From Hathewaya limosa (GTDB taxonomy: Bacteria; Bacillota; Clostridia; Clostridiales; Clostridiaceae), in NCBI RefSeq assembly GCF_030815255.1, contig NZ_JAUSWN010000001.1, forward strand, positions 7,045 through 39,044: DNA of 32,000 bases, in the 5' to 3' direction. The notes beneath the pieces are model-generated. The model did no database searches. It worked only from the letters and a program-made list of their open reading frames with translations, and was not told the origin of the DNA. Every line of letters begins with the position of its first letter. Position 1 is the stretch's first letter. Both the position numbers and the translations under genes were made by a program. Shown in pieces: positions 7,031 through 16,750 of the stretch.

Positions 7031-9397
7031 ATGAAAACAAAAAGAGTAGAAAAATTAAGAGCTCAAAGTGTAAATGCAGTTCCATATATTTCTATGGAAA
7101 GAGCTAATCTCGTTACAGAGATTTACAAAAAATACCAAGGAGCAGTTCCAACTCCGATTTTAAGAGCATTAGCTTTTAAAAATATTATGGAAAATAAAAA
7201 ACTTTGTATTAATGATGGAGAATTAATTGTAGGAGAAAGAGGAGAGGCACCAGCCGCAACTCCAACTTATCCTGAACTTTGTTGTCATACTTTAAGCGAT
7301 TTTGATATTATGGATCAACGTGAAAAAATTTCTTTTAAAGTTTCTGAACATTCTAAGAAGTTCCAAGAGGAAACTATAATTCCGTTTTGGGAAAACAGGG
7401 CTATGAGACACATTCTTTTAGAAAATATGACTAAAGAATGGATGGATGCATATGAGGCCGGTATAATAACAGAATTTATGGAACAAAGGGCACCAGGACA
7501 TGCTGCTTTAGATGATAAAATATATCATAGGGGATTTGGTGATTTTAAAGCTCAAATTCAAAATGAAATAGATAAATTAGATTGTTTTAATGATACTATG
7601 TTTTTTGAGAAAAAGGCAGAACTTGAAGCTATGGCTATTGCTTGTGATGCATTAATAATTTATGGTAAGAGATATTCTGAATATGCTAGGGAATTAGCAG
7701 ACAAAGAAGAAGATTTAAATAGAAAAAAAGAATTAATGGAAATTTCAGAAAGATGTGCGTGGGTACCAGAACATGCACCAAGAAATTTTGCAGAAGCTCT
7801 TCAAATGTATTGGTTTGTACATTTAGGTGTAATAACTGAATTAAATACTTGGGATTCATTCTGTCCAGGAAGATTGGATCAACACTTATATCCATTCTAT
7901 AAACGTGAAGTTGACGAGGGAACTTTAACTAAAGAAAATGCTATGGAATTATTGGAATGTTTCTGGGTTAAGTTCAATAATCAACCAGCTCCACCTAAGG
8001 TTGGTATTACACTTGAGGAAAGTGGAACTTACACAGATTTTTGTAATATTAATATTGGTGGGGTTACTAAGGACGGCAAAGATGGTGTTAATGAGTTAAG
8101 TTATATGCTTCTTGATGTAATTGAAGAAATGAGATTATTACAACCAAGTTCAAATGTTCAAATTAGTAGATTAAATCCTGATAAGTTTATTAAAAGAGCG
8201 GCCAAAATCGTTAGAACAGGATTTGGACAACCATCTATGTTTAATGTAGAAACAGTTATTGAAGAAATGTTAAGAGTAGGAAAATCTATTGAAGATGCTA
8301 GATGTGGTGGAACAACAGGATGTGTTGAAACTGGTGCATTTGGTAAAGAACGTTATTCATTAACTGGTTACTTTAATTTGCCTAAGATTCTTGAAGTTAC
8401 TTTAAATAATGGTGTTGATCCTATGACAGGAAAGCAAATAGGATTAAAGACTGGTGATGTAACAGAATTTAAGTCTTATGATGAATTATTTGATGCATAT
8501 AAGAAACAAATAAAATATTTTGCTGATGTTAAAATTGAAGGAAATCAAATTATTGAAAAATTATATGCAATAACAATGCCATCACCATTTATGTCAGTTA
8601 TTATTGATGATTGTATCACTAAGGCTGTTGATTATAATGCAGGTGGGGCAAGATATAATACAAGATATATTCAAGGTGTTGGTATAGGAACTATTTCAGA
8701 TGCTTTATCATCTATTAAATATAATGTATTTGACAATAAGAAATTTACAATGAAAGAATTAATGGGAGCTTTAAAAGATAATTTTGAAGGTCATGAAGAT
8801 ATATACAATATTGTAAACAATAGAACTCCTAAGTATGGAAATGATGATGATTATGCAGATGATGTTATGAAATCTATATTTGATGCATACTATGATTCAA
8901 TAAATGGAAGATTAGCTCCAACTGGAGCGACTTATAGAATAGATATGTTGCCAACAACTTGCCATGTTTACTTTGGTAAAGTTATGGGTGCAAGTGCAGA
9001 TGGTAGACTATCTAGAAAGCCATTATCAGAGGGTATATCTCCATCAAAGGGAGCTGATAAAAATGGACCAACATCTGTAGTTAAATCTGCATCTAAAATG
9101 GATCATGTAAAAACTGGTGGTACATTGTTAAATCAAAAATTTACTCCAGATGTAATTGCAGGGGATGAAGGATTAGAAAATGTGAAAAATTTAGTAAGGG
9201 CTTACTTCAAGATGGGAGGACATCACATTCAATTTAATGTTGTAGATAAACAAACATTATTAAATGCACAAAAACATCCGGAAGAATACAAAGATTTAAT
9301 AGTTCGTGTTGCTGGATATAGTGATTATTTCTGTAACTTAAATAAAGTTCTTCAAGATGAAATAATTGAAAGAACAGAGCAAAGTTTTAACTGTTAA
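7031..9397 (+). CDS. hypD: Glycyl radical enzyme, most likely trans-4-hydroxy-L-proline dehydratase
   Basis: The ORF is 788 aa. The glycyl radical motif RVAGYS has Gly762 at codon 9314-9316. The Cys loop GCVETG has Cys431 at 8321-8323. His157, Asp275, Ser331, Phe337, Cys431, Glu433, Tyr447 and Gly762 all lie at a constant -3 offset from the C. difficile HypD residues as I recall them (H160, D278, S334, F340, C434, E436, Y450, G765). The cluster also includes proC, which is the published genomic signature of HypD. Confidence 0.8.
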   Translation: MKTKRVEKLRAQSVNAVPYISMERANLVTEIYKKYQGAVPTPILRALAFKNIMENKKLCINDGELIVGERGEAPAATPTYPELCCHTLSDFDIMDQREKISFKVSEHSKKFQEETIIPFWENRAMRHILLENMTKEWMDAYEAGIITEFMEQRAPGHAALDDKIYHRGFGDFKAQIQNEIDKLDCFNDTMFFEKKAELEAMAIACDALIIYGKRYSEYARELADKEEDLNRKKELMEISERCAWVPEHAPRNFAEALQMYWFVHLGVITELNTWDSFCPGRLDQHLYPFYKREVDEGTLTKENAMELLECFWVKFNNQPAPPKVGITLEESGTYTDFCNINIGGVTKDGKDGVNELSYMLLDVIEEMRLLQPSSNVQISRLNPDKFIKRAAKIVRTGFGQPSMFNVETVIEEMLRVGKSIEDARCGGTTGCVETGAFGKERYSLTGYFNLPKILEVTLNNGVDPMTGKQIGLKTGDVTEFKSYDELFDAYKKQIKYFADVKIEGNQIIEKLYAITMPSPFMSVIIDDCITKAVDYNAGGARYNTRYIQGVGIGTISDALSSIKYNVFDNKKFTMKELMGALKDNFEGHEDIYNIVNNRTPKYGNDDDYADDVMKSIFDAYYDSINGRLAPTGATYRIDMLPTTCHVYFGKVMGASADGRLSRKPLSEGISPSKGADKNGPTSVVKSASKMDHVKTGGTLLNQKFTPDVIAGDEGLENVKNLVRAYFKMGGHHIQFNVVDKQTLLNAQKHPEEYKDLIVRVAGYSDYFCNLNKVLQDEIIERTEQSFNC

Positions 9398-9519
9398 TTT
9401 TTCTTTGATGAAAATTAAACAAGAATTTATAAAAAAAATAGAAAATAGTCTCTCTAATTTGATAAATATTATGCAAAGTTTTACTAAATAGTAGTATAAT
9501 ATTTGTATAGTTAAATATA

Positions 9520-9550
9520 GGCATTAAGAAAAAATGATTTTCTTAATGCC
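9520..9550 (+). other. 13-bp hairpin in the hypD-proC spacer, with no U-tract
   Basis: GGCATTAAGAAAA (9520-9532) pairs with TTTTCTTAATGCC (9538-9550) and ends 30 nt before the proC ATG. A TATAAT lies at 9495-9500. The hairpin could be a weak terminator, a processing or stabiliser element, or leader structure. Confidence 0.4.
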
Positions 9551-9579
9551 TAGTAATAAATAAGTGGGGAGGCTAAGTA

Positions 9580-10386
9580 ATGAGTTTTAATATTAGTTTT
9601 ATTGGATGCGGTAATATGGGAAGAGCAATGATAGGTGGAATAATAAATTCAGGAATTGTTAAACCACAAGAAATATTTGTTGCTGATTTATTTGTACCAA
9701 GTTTAGAAAAGGTAAAAGAAAAATATGGGGCAAATACTACTGTAGATAATATAGAAGTATCAAAAAAAGCAGATGTTTTAATTTTAGCAGTTAAACCTAA
9801 CATATTATCAAGTGTAGCAAGTGAAATTAAGAACTCTATTAAAAAAGATACAATTATTATTAGTATTGTTGCAGGGAAAACCATTGCAAATTTAGAAGAA
9901 TATTTTGGAAATGAACATAAAATAGTTAGAACTATGCCTAATACACCAGCATTAGTAGGTGAAGGTATGGCTGCAGTATGTGGAAATAAGAATATTAATG
10001 ATGATGATTTAAATAAAGTTAAAAGTATTTTTTCAAGTTTTGGAAAGGTAGAAGTTATTCCAGAAAAATTAATTGATGCATTTGTTTCTTTAAGTGGTTC
10101 ATCACCGGCGTATATTTTTATGCTAATAGAAGCTATGGCAGATGCTGCTGTATATGATGGTATGCCAAGAGATAAAGCGTATAAAATTGCTGCTCAAGCA
10201 GTATTAGGTTCTGCAAAAATGGTTTTAGAAACAGGTAAGCATCCAGCACAATTAAAAGATATGGTGTGCTCACCAGCGGGTACAACTATAGAAGCTGTAG
10301 AAGTGTTAGAAGAAAATGGATTTAGGAGTTCTATTATGAAGGCAATGAAGGCTTGTACTAATAAATGTAAAGATATGAGCAAATAG
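9580..10386 (+). CDS. proC: Pyrroline-5-carboxylate reductase
   Basis: The ORF is 268 aa. The N-terminal Rossmann motif is ISFIGCGNMGRAMIGG, and the ProC C-terminal dimerisation block is SSPAYIFMLIEAMADAAV...VCSPAGTTIEAV. The RBS is GGGGAGG. Confidence 0.92.
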   Translation: MSFNISFIGCGNMGRAMIGGIINSGIVKPQEIFVADLFVPSLEKVKEKYGANTTVDNIEVSKKADVLILAVKPNILSSVASEIKNSIKKDTIIISIVAGKTIANLEEYFGNEHKIVRTMPNTPALVGEGMAAVCGNKNINDDDLNKVKSIFSSFGKVEVIPEKLIDAFVSLSGSSPAYIFMLIEAMADAAVYDGMPRDKAYKIAAQAVLGSAKMVLETGKHPAQLKDMVCSPAGTTIEAVEVLEENGFRSSIMKAMKACTNKCKDMSK

Positions 10387-10441
10387 TAGTTACAATGTTG
10401 CAAAAATTGCTTTTAATAACACAGATTAAACATATTTCTAA

Positions 10442-10477
10442 AAAACAGCTTAAAGTCATGTACTAAGCTGTTTTTTT
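10442..10477 (+). terminator. Rho-independent terminator after proC
   Basis: AAAACAGCTTA pairs with TAAGCTGTTTT, followed by a T-run. Confidence 0.8.
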
Positions 10478-10512
10478 GTGTGTTAATTTATAAAAATGTG
10501 AGGAGGAATTAT

Positions 10513-11484
10513 ATGAAGTGTAAAAGTAGAAAATTTTGGGCTAATTTATGTTTATTTATTTGTGCTATTATTTGGGGAGGGGGATTTCCTGCAACAGATA
10601 TAGCTTTAAGAGGAGGACTTAGACCATTTTATGGTATGGGATTCCGTTTTTCAATAGCATTTGTTTTATTAAGTATAGTCTTTTATAAAAAGCTTAAGAA
10701 TATAAACAAGCAAGACATAAAAGGCGGATTGGTGGTTGGATTTGTTGTATTTTTAGCCTTTGCAGTTCAAACAATAGGTCTTCAGTATACGACTCCTGGA
10801 AAACAAGCATTTTTGACAGGATTATATGTGGTTATTGTACCATTTCTTTATTGGATGCTTACAAAACATGCACCAGATAAGTATCAATTTATAGGAACTG
10901 CGTTATGTCTAATTGGTACATGTCTATTGACTCTTAATAAAGGGTTTTGTATTACAAAGGGAGATACTTTAAGTATCCTAGGTGCTGTATTTTTTGCACT
11001 TAATATTGTGGTAGCGGAATATTATAATAAAAAATCAGATCCTGTAGTTATAACTATACTACAAATGGGCGTATCAGCGGTATGTTCGTTTTTGGCAGCT
11101 ATTATATGTAAAGAAACTTCACCAGCATTTGCTACGTTACACGGATGGTTAGGAGTAATTTATTTAGGTATTTTTAGTACAATGATTGCATACATAATTC
11201 AAAATGTAGCCTTAAAGTATACATCATCTACTGAGGCGGCTATTATTTTAAGTTTGGAAACAGTTTTTGGATCTTTATTTTCTGCAATATTATTAGGAGA
11301 ACAATTTACGCTAAAAATGATAGTTGGCTGTTTAATTATATTTATAGCTTTAATTACTGCAGAAACTAAATGGAGTTTTTTAAAAAAATCTGAAAAAGAT
11401 CAAAAAAATACTGATAAAATGAACTTAAATGAAGAAAGCAAAGAAGAAGAGGTTAAAAATCAAAGCATTAATAATGAATTTTAA
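10513..11484 (+). CDS. EamA/DMT-family transporter (10-TM) with a hydrophilic Glu/Lys-rich tail
   Basis: Two EamA-like halves are visible, and the protein is hydrophobic throughout. I prefer the ATG at 10513 (RBS AGGAGGA at 10501-10507) over the upstream start at 10480 in the ORF track, which lies immediately after the proC terminator. Confidence 0.8.
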   Translation: MKCKSRKFWANLCLFICAIIWGGGFPATDIALRGGLRPFYGMGFRFSIAFVLLSIVFYKKLKNINKQDIKGGLVVGFVVFLAFAVQTIGLQYTTPGKQAFLTGLYVVIVPFLYWMLTKHAPDKYQFIGTALCLIGTCLLTLNKGFCITKGDTLSILGAVFFALNIVVAEYYNKKSDPVVITILQMGVSAVCSFLAAIICKETSPAFATLHGWLGVIYLGIFSTMIAYIIQNVALKYTSSTEAAIILSLETVFGSLFSAILLGEQFTLKMIVGCLIIFIALITAETKWSFLKKSEKDQKNTDKMNLNEESKEEEVKNQSINNEF

Positions 11485-11536
11485 GTAATATTATTAAAGT
11501 TGAAGCAAAATAATATGAATTTTTAGACGAATAAGA

Positions 11537-11566
11537 AAAAGACCATAATTATAATTATGGTCTTTT
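11537..11566 (+). terminator. Rho-independent terminator after the EamA gene
   Basis: AAAAGACCATAATT pairs with AATTATGGTCTTTT in a near-perfect palindromic hairpin ending in TTTT. Confidence 0.75.
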
Positions 11567-11764
11567 AGCACGTTTGTGCCATATGGGGGATACATATATA
11601 ATTAGGGGGATCATATATGTATTAATAGTATTAACAGAATTTTAGATTTTAAACACATATTTTAAAATTTTATATATTTTTATTTTAAAATTGTTTTATT
11701 AATTAATAGTATAATAATAAGAGTAATATATTTCCAGACATTATAGTTATTTAAAAAAGGTAAC

Positions 11765-11793
11765 TTGACATAATAGAATGTATATACTATCAT
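11765..11793 (+). promoter_or_regulatory. Candidate sigma-A promoter of the metG T-box leader
   Basis: TTGACA (11765-11770), a 17-nt spacer and TATCAT (11788-11793), about 30 nt upstream of the start of Stem I. Confidence 0.5.
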
Positions 11794-11820
11794 TAATATA
11801 AATATTAATAAATGTTTTTA

Positions 11821-12099
11821 AAAGACTATGAAGAGAAGAGTAGTAAATTAAAGTATTTAAAGAGAGCCAGGTTAGGTGAAAGCTGGTGATATGGAGATTT
11901 ATGAATATGGCCTCTGAGTTGATTATTCGAGCTTTTATAAAGTAAGGGTAATACGGTAATGACCGTTATATTATAGGGTGATAAGTTTCTAAATTTGTTG
12001 AAGCCGTCACTTAGTGAGATATTTATGAAGACATAAATATGAAATAGAGTGGTAACGCGTATATAACGCCTCTAAGCAATTGTGCTTAGAGGTTTTTTT
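11821..12099 (+). promoter_or_regulatory. T-box riboswitch leader (Met specifier) controlling metG
   Basis: The Stem I elements are ATGAAGAG/AAGAGTA (GA/K-turn and S-turn), the AGAGAG bulge and the distal loop GGTGAAAG. The specifier loop GAATATGGC has AUG at 11906-11908 followed by a purine. The T-box sequence AAATAGAGTGGTAACGCG lies at 12042-12059. The terminator CCTCTAAGCA/TGCTTAGAGG plus seven T lies at 12069-12099. Confidence 0.88.
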
Positions 12100-12166
12100 A
12101 TTTTATAAAAACATTAATAAAAAAGAAATTGATTATTATAATAAACATTGAAGGAGGAACGGTATT

Positions 12167-14128
12167 ATGTGTAATAAAAAACCATTTTATATTACAACGC
12201 CAATATATTATCCATCAGCAAAACTTCATATAGGTAATACTTATACTACAATTGCTGCTGATGCTGTAGCTAGATTTAAAAGATTAACAGGTTATGATGT
12301 AATGTTTTTAACTGGTTCTGATGAACATGGTCAAAAAATTCAAAGACTTGCAGAAAAAAAAGGTGTAACACCTAAAGAATATGTAGATGAAATAGTTGCA
12401 GGAATTAAAAGTTTGTGGGAACTAATGGATGTTAGCTATGATAAATTTATAAGAACTACAGATGAATATCATGTAGAAACTGTATCAAAAATATTTAAGA
12501 GATTATATGATCAAGGCGATATTTATAAGAGTTCTTATGAAGGATTATATTGTACTCCTTGTGAATCTTTCTGGACAGAAACACAAGCAGTAGGTGAAAA
12601 ATGTCCTGATTGTGGAAGACCAGTTGAAAAGACTAAGGAAGAAGCTTATTTCTTTAAAATGTCTAAGTATGCTCCAAAACTTATTGAATATATTGAAAAT
12701 CATCCAGAATTTATTCAACCTGAATCAAGAAAAAATGAAATGTTAAATAACTTCTTAAAACCAGGATTACAAGATTTATGTATTTCAAGAACAAGTTTTG
12801 ATTGGGGTATTCCAGTAGAGTTTGACAAAGGGCATGTAGTATATGTTTGGATAGATGCATTATCTAATTATATTTCAGCGTTAGGATATGAAAATTCACA
12901 AGAAAATTTAATGGAAAAATTTTGGCCAGCAGATGTACATTTAGTTGGTAAAGATATTATAAGATTCCATACAATTTATTGGCCAATTATGCTAATGGCT
13001 TTAGATTTACCACTTCCAAAGCAGGTATTCGGACATGGATGGTTAATGCTTGAAGATGGTAAAATGTCAAAATCTAAAGGAAATGTAGTACATCCTGAAA
13101 CATTAGTTAATCATTTTGGTGTAGATGCTGTTAGATATTATTTATTACATGAAATTCCATTTGGAGCTGATGGTATTTTTAGTAATGAAATTTTTATTAA
13201 GAAGACAAATTCAGATTTAGCTAATGATTTAGGAAATCTAGTATCTAGAACAGTTACTATGATAGATAAATATTTTGATGGTGAAATTCAAGCACCAATA
13301 GAAAGTGGAGAGTTTGATGATGAAGTTATAAAACTTGCATTAGAAACTCCTAAGAAAGTTGAAGATGCAATTAATGCATTAAGAATTCCAGCTGCCTTAG
13401 ACAGTATTTGGGCTCTTATTAGAAGAACAAATAAATATATAGATGAAACTCAACCATGGGTACTTGGAAAGGATGAAACTAAAAAAGAAAGACTTTCAAC
13501 AGTTCTTTATGTTTTAACAGAATCTTTAAGATTTACTTCAGTTTTATTAAGTGCATTTTTACCAGAAACAAGTAAAAAAATTAATGCTCAATTAGGTATT
13601 ACAAATACTACATTTGAAAGTTTAAAAGAATTTGATGGTACAATTCCTGGAGTTAAAGTAAATAAAACAGGAGTTATATTCCCAAGAATAGATGTAGATG
13701 CTAAGTTGGCTGAACTTGAAAAGGTTGCCGAAGAGCAAAGAAAAATTGCAGCAGAAATGAATGGCACAGAAAAAACTCAAGAAATGCTTCCAATTAAAGA
13801 AGAAATAACAATCGAAGATTTTGAAAAAATAGATTTAAGAATAGCCAAGGTTTTAGAGTGCGAACCTGTTAAAAAAGCAAATAAGCTTTTAAAACTTAAG
13901 GTTGATTTAGGTGGAGAAGTTAGACAGGTAATATCAGGTATTGCTAAGTTCTATAAACCTGAGGAATTAGTAGGACAAAAAGTTATAATGGTTGTTAATT
14001 TAAAGCCAGTTAAATTAAGAGGAGAATTATCCCAAGGAATGATTTTAGCTGCATCAACAAATGATGATAGTGAACTTACTTTAGCAACTATTACTAAAAA
14101 TCTGCCAACAGGAAGTGTTGTAAGATAA
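12167..14128 (+). CDS. metG: Methionine--tRNA ligase with a C-terminal tRNA-binding (EMAP/Trbp111-like) domain
   Basis: The ORF is 653 aa. The HIGH motif is KLHIGN and the KMSKS motif is GKMSKSKG. A zinc knuckle is present (CTPCESFW...CPDCGRP). The C-terminal block is IDLRIAKVLECEPVKKANKLLKLKVDLGGEVRQVISGIA. Confidence 0.97.
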   Translation: MCNKKPFYITTPIYYPSAKLHIGNTYTTIAADAVARFKRLTGYDVMFLTGSDEHGQKIQRLAEKKGVTPKEYVDEIVAGIKSLWELMDVSYDKFIRTTDEYHVETVSKIFKRLYDQGDIYKSSYEGLYCTPCESFWTETQAVGEKCPDCGRPVEKTKEEAYFFKMSKYAPKLIEYIENHPEFIQPESRKNEMLNNFLKPGLQDLCISRTSFDWGIPVEFDKGHVVYVWIDALSNYISALGYENSQENLMEKFWPADVHLVGKDIIRFHTIYWPIMLMALDLPLPKQVFGHGWLMLEDGKMSKSKGNVVHPETLVNHFGVDAVRYYLLHEIPFGADGIFSNEIFIKKTNSDLANDLGNLVSRTVTMIDKYFDGEIQAPIESGEFDDEVIKLALETPKKVEDAINALRIPAALDSIWALIRRTNKYIDETQPWVLGKDETKKERLSTVLYVLTESLRFTSVLLSAFLPETSKKINAQLGITNTTFESLKEFDGTIPGVKVNKTGVIFPRIDVDAKLAELEKVAEEQRKIAAEMNGTEKTQEMLPIKEEITIEDFEKIDLRIAKVLECEPVKKANKLLKLKVDLGGEVRQVISGIAKFYKPEELVGQKVIMVVNLKPVKLRGELSQGMILAASTNDDSELTLATITKNLPTGSVVR

Positions 14129-14165
14129 TAAAATTTTAAAACTATTTCATATAGTTTTATGAAAC

Positions 14166-14227
14166 AAATGACACTAAAATAATTTGGAGATGGAAATCTG
14201 TAAATTATTAGTGTCATTTTGTTTTGT
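14166..14227 (+). terminator. Long hairpin terminator after metG
   Basis: AAATGACACTAAAATAATTT pairs with AAATTATTAGTGTCATTT (with a 2-nt bulge), followed by TTGTTTTG. Confidence 0.7.
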
Positions 14228-14439
14228 ATAATACATAATAAATTTTTAGAAAATAGTATAAGAATATAATTGACTATTATTTTAAAACATAGTAAAACAT
14301 AAATAAGTGTAAATACATATTCTATATAAGAGAAGAAATAATTACTTAAGATCATTAAGGGATTTTAAGTAATTTAAATCAACTATAATTAATAAAGAAA
14401 ATAACTTTAAGATTAATAAAATGATGTAGAGGTGAAGAT

Positions 14440-15951
14440 ATGAAATATTTGATTTCAATTTTAATAGGAGCTATTATTGGATATCTAACCAATTGGCTAG
14501 CTATAAAAATGTTATTTAGACCTTATGAAGAAAAAAGAATTTTTAATATTAAGATTCCATTTACCCCAGGACTTATACCAAAAGAGAGATATAGAATTTC
14601 TAAAAGTGTTGGAAAAGCAGTAGGAGAACATTTACTTACAGAAGAAACATTGACTAAGTCCTTGGAAAGAAAAGAAGTTAGAGATAAAGTTTATGAAATT
14701 ATTACAGATAAAATAGATAAAGTTTTTAATGGAGAAAAACCTATCGGGGAGCTAACTAAAAAAATCTTTAAAGAAAACAATGACCAAGTTATTTTAAATT
14801 ATGAAGATAAACTTTCTAAAGCTTTAATGGAATATGTAAAAAAAGAAGAATTTAAAAAAGAAAGTTATCCCTTAGTAAAGGAAGGAATAGATAAGGTCTT
14901 TTCTTATCCATTAAATAAAATCATAAAAGATAAGTATAGAAGTAATATAAAAAATACTATATTTAATCTAATTAATAACTATAAGAGTTCAAAGGAATTT
15001 AATGATAAAGTTATAAATTATTTTCAAAATAAATTAGAGAAAAAAATTGAAGAGGGCACAAAGCTAAATGAAATTGTTCCCGATTTTATACAAGATGGTG
15101 CTCAAGATTATGTTTTTGATCATAGAGAAGAAATTGCTAATGAAATTAAAGACTTTTTAAAACAAGATCAATCTAAAGAAAGTATAAGAAATATAATAGA
15201 TGATATTATAAAAAATAAACTTAATCCTATGATGGCTATGTTTTTAAATACTGATTCTATATATGATAAATTTACATCTATAATTTCTGAGATTCTAGAT
15301 GAAGAGAAAAATAAAATAGGAATAGCTAGATTTATAAACAATGAACTTGAAAAAGTTATGCAAAATCATTTAGAAACAGTAGTTAATGGATTTAACGAAG
15401 AAGATAGAAAAGGTGTTATAGTTGATATTGCAAATTTATTTGAAAATAAAGTTTTAAGTGAAGATTTCTTAGTTGAAATTTTAAATAATATAGAAGAAAA
15501 AATGGATGATAAGAAATTAACATTAAATACTTTAATAGAAGAGGTTGGTAGTTCAAAGGAAAAGATTATAACCTTCTTTTATAATAAGATTATAGTAAGT
15601 AATTCATTTGAAAGTGTAATTAAAAGTTTAAGCAAAAAAGTTATACACTATGTTTTGAATAAGAAAATAATGGATATAATTTCAATAGAGAGTATAGGTG
15701 GGGCTATAAATAAAGAAGAAATTGTAAATAAAATATATAATAAAATTATCAAAGGAAGTAGTGAAGATATAATTAAATCCTTAGATATATCTAATATAGT
15801 TGAAGAAAAAATCAATGAACTAGATGTAAGATTTACTGAAGATATAATTATAGAAATAGCTAATAAAGAATTAAAAGCTATTACATGGCTTGGTGCACTT
15901 TTGGGTGGAATACTTGGTATTTTAACACCATTTATAAGTAGCTTGCTTTAA
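14440..15951 (+). CDS. DUF445-family membrane-associated protein
   Basis: The ORF is 503 aa. The N-terminal block IGAIIGYLTNWLAIKMLFRPYEEK...IPFTPGLIPKERYRISKSVG and a C-terminal TM helix (ITWLGALLGGILGILTPFI) are typical of DUF445. The long central region is charged and helical. Confidence 0.8.
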   Translation: MKYLISILIGAIIGYLTNWLAIKMLFRPYEEKRIFNIKIPFTPGLIPKERYRISKSVGKAVGEHLLTEETLTKSLERKEVRDKVYEIITDKIDKVFNGEKPIGELTKKIFKENNDQVILNYEDKLSKALMEYVKKEEFKKESYPLVKEGIDKVFSYPLNKIIKDKYRSNIKNTIFNLINNYKSSKEFNDKVINYFQNKLEKKIEEGTKLNEIVPDFIQDGAQDYVFDHREEIANEIKDFLKQDQSKESIRNIIDDIIKNKLNPMMAMFLNTDSIYDKFTSIISEILDEEKNKIGIARFINNELEKVMQNHLETVVNGFNEEDRKGVIVDIANLFENKVLSEDFLVEILNNIEEKMDDKKLTLNTLIEEVGSSKEKIITFFYNKIIVSNSFESVIKSLSKKVIHYVLNKKIMDIISIESIGGAINKEEIVNKIYNKIIKGSSEDIIKSLDISNIVEEKINELDVRFTEDIIIEIANKELKAITWLGALLGGILGILTPFISSLL

Positions 15952-15982
15952 ATCACTAATATTAATATGAGGGGGAAATTTT

Positions 15983-16750
15983 ATGATATTTGATTCACAT
16001 GCACATTATGATGATGAAAGTTTTAATAGTGATAGATATAGTCTTATAGAGGGACTTCACAATGAAAAAGGAATAGTGGGTATTTTAAACTGTGGAGTTT
16101 CTCTTGAAACTTCAAAAACTTCTGTTCAACTTGCTGAAAAGTATGATTTTATTTATGCAGCAATAGGAGTTCATCCAGAAGAGGCCGAAGAGTTTAATGA
16201 AGATATAGTAAACGAATTAAAAATATTAGCTAAAAATGATAAGGTTAAGGCTATAGGAGAAATTGGACTAGATTATTATTGGGATGAAAATCCTAGTAAA
16301 GAAGTGCAAAAAAAAGTTTTTATAAGACAAATGGAGTTAGCTAAAGAATTAAATTTACCAGTAGTAATTCATGATAGAGATGCACATGGGGATACCTTAG
16401 AAATAATTAAAATGTTTCCAGAAGTTAAGGGGGTTGTACACTGCTTTTCAGGATCAGTAGAATTTGCTAGAGAATGTTTAAAAGCTGATTATTATATAGG
16501 AATTACAGGTGTTGTAACTTTTAAAAACGCTAAAAAGATTATTGATGTTGTAAAGGAAGTACCGATGGATAAGCTTTTGGTAGAAACAGATTGCCCTTAT
16601 ATGACTCCAGTACCTTTTAGGGGAAAAAGAAATCAATCAAATTATATTGAATATGTTATTGAAAAGATTGCAGAAATAAAAGAAATGCAAAAAGATGAGG
16701 TTGCAAATATAACAATACAAAATGCAAAAAAATTTCTTAAGATATGGTAA
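15983..16750 (+). CDS. tatD: TatD-family metal-dependent hydrolase/DNase (YabD)
   Basis: The ORF is 255 aa. Motifs present are IFDSHAHYDD, IGEIGLDYYW, PVVIHDRDAHGDT, GVVHCFSG and LLVETDCPYMTP. It occupies the conserved position after metG. Confidence 0.93.
   Translation: MIFDSHAHYDDESFNSDRYSLIEGLHNEKGIVGILNCGVSLETSKTSVQLAEKYDFIYAAIGVHPEEAEEFNEDIVNELKILAKNDKVKAIGEIGLDYYWDENPSKEVQKKVFIRQMELAKELNLPVVIHDRDAHGDTLEIIKMFPEVKGVVHCFSGSVEFARECLKADYYIGITGVVTFKNAKKIIDVVKEVPMDKLLVETDCPYMTPVPFRGKRNQSNYIEYVIEKIAEIKEMQKDEVANITIQNAKKFLKIW

Noticed and set aside
7031-9397. Alternative identities for the glycyl radical enzyme (pyruvate formate-lyase, choline TMA-lyase CutC, glycerol/propanediol dehydratase, 4-HPA decarboxylase, isethionate sulfite-lyase)
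   Set aside because: There are no microcompartment (eut/pdu/cut) genes, no small decarboxylase subunit, and no formate or sulfite handling genes. The linkage to proC and the pattern of active-site residues fit HypD better. The assignment still needs a real alignment.
7686-10403. Antisense ORFs 7686-7895, 9573-9884 and 10194-10403 (-) within hypD and proC
   Set aside because: These are shadow ORFs opposite strongly supported genes. They have no start context and a hydrophobic or low-complexity composition.
11581-11620. Direct repeat GGGGGATACATATAT / GGGGGATCATATATGT after the EamA terminator
   Set aside because: There are only two short copies, with no associated ORF (the best is a 20-codon frame without an RBS), structure or terminal inverted repeats. 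I could attach no function, and it is probably incidental.
13951-14355. 134-aa ORF on the - strand overlapping the metG 3' end and terminator
   Set aside because: It overlaps the metG tRNA-binding domain and runs through the terminator hairpin. The translation is low-complexity and there is no RBS.
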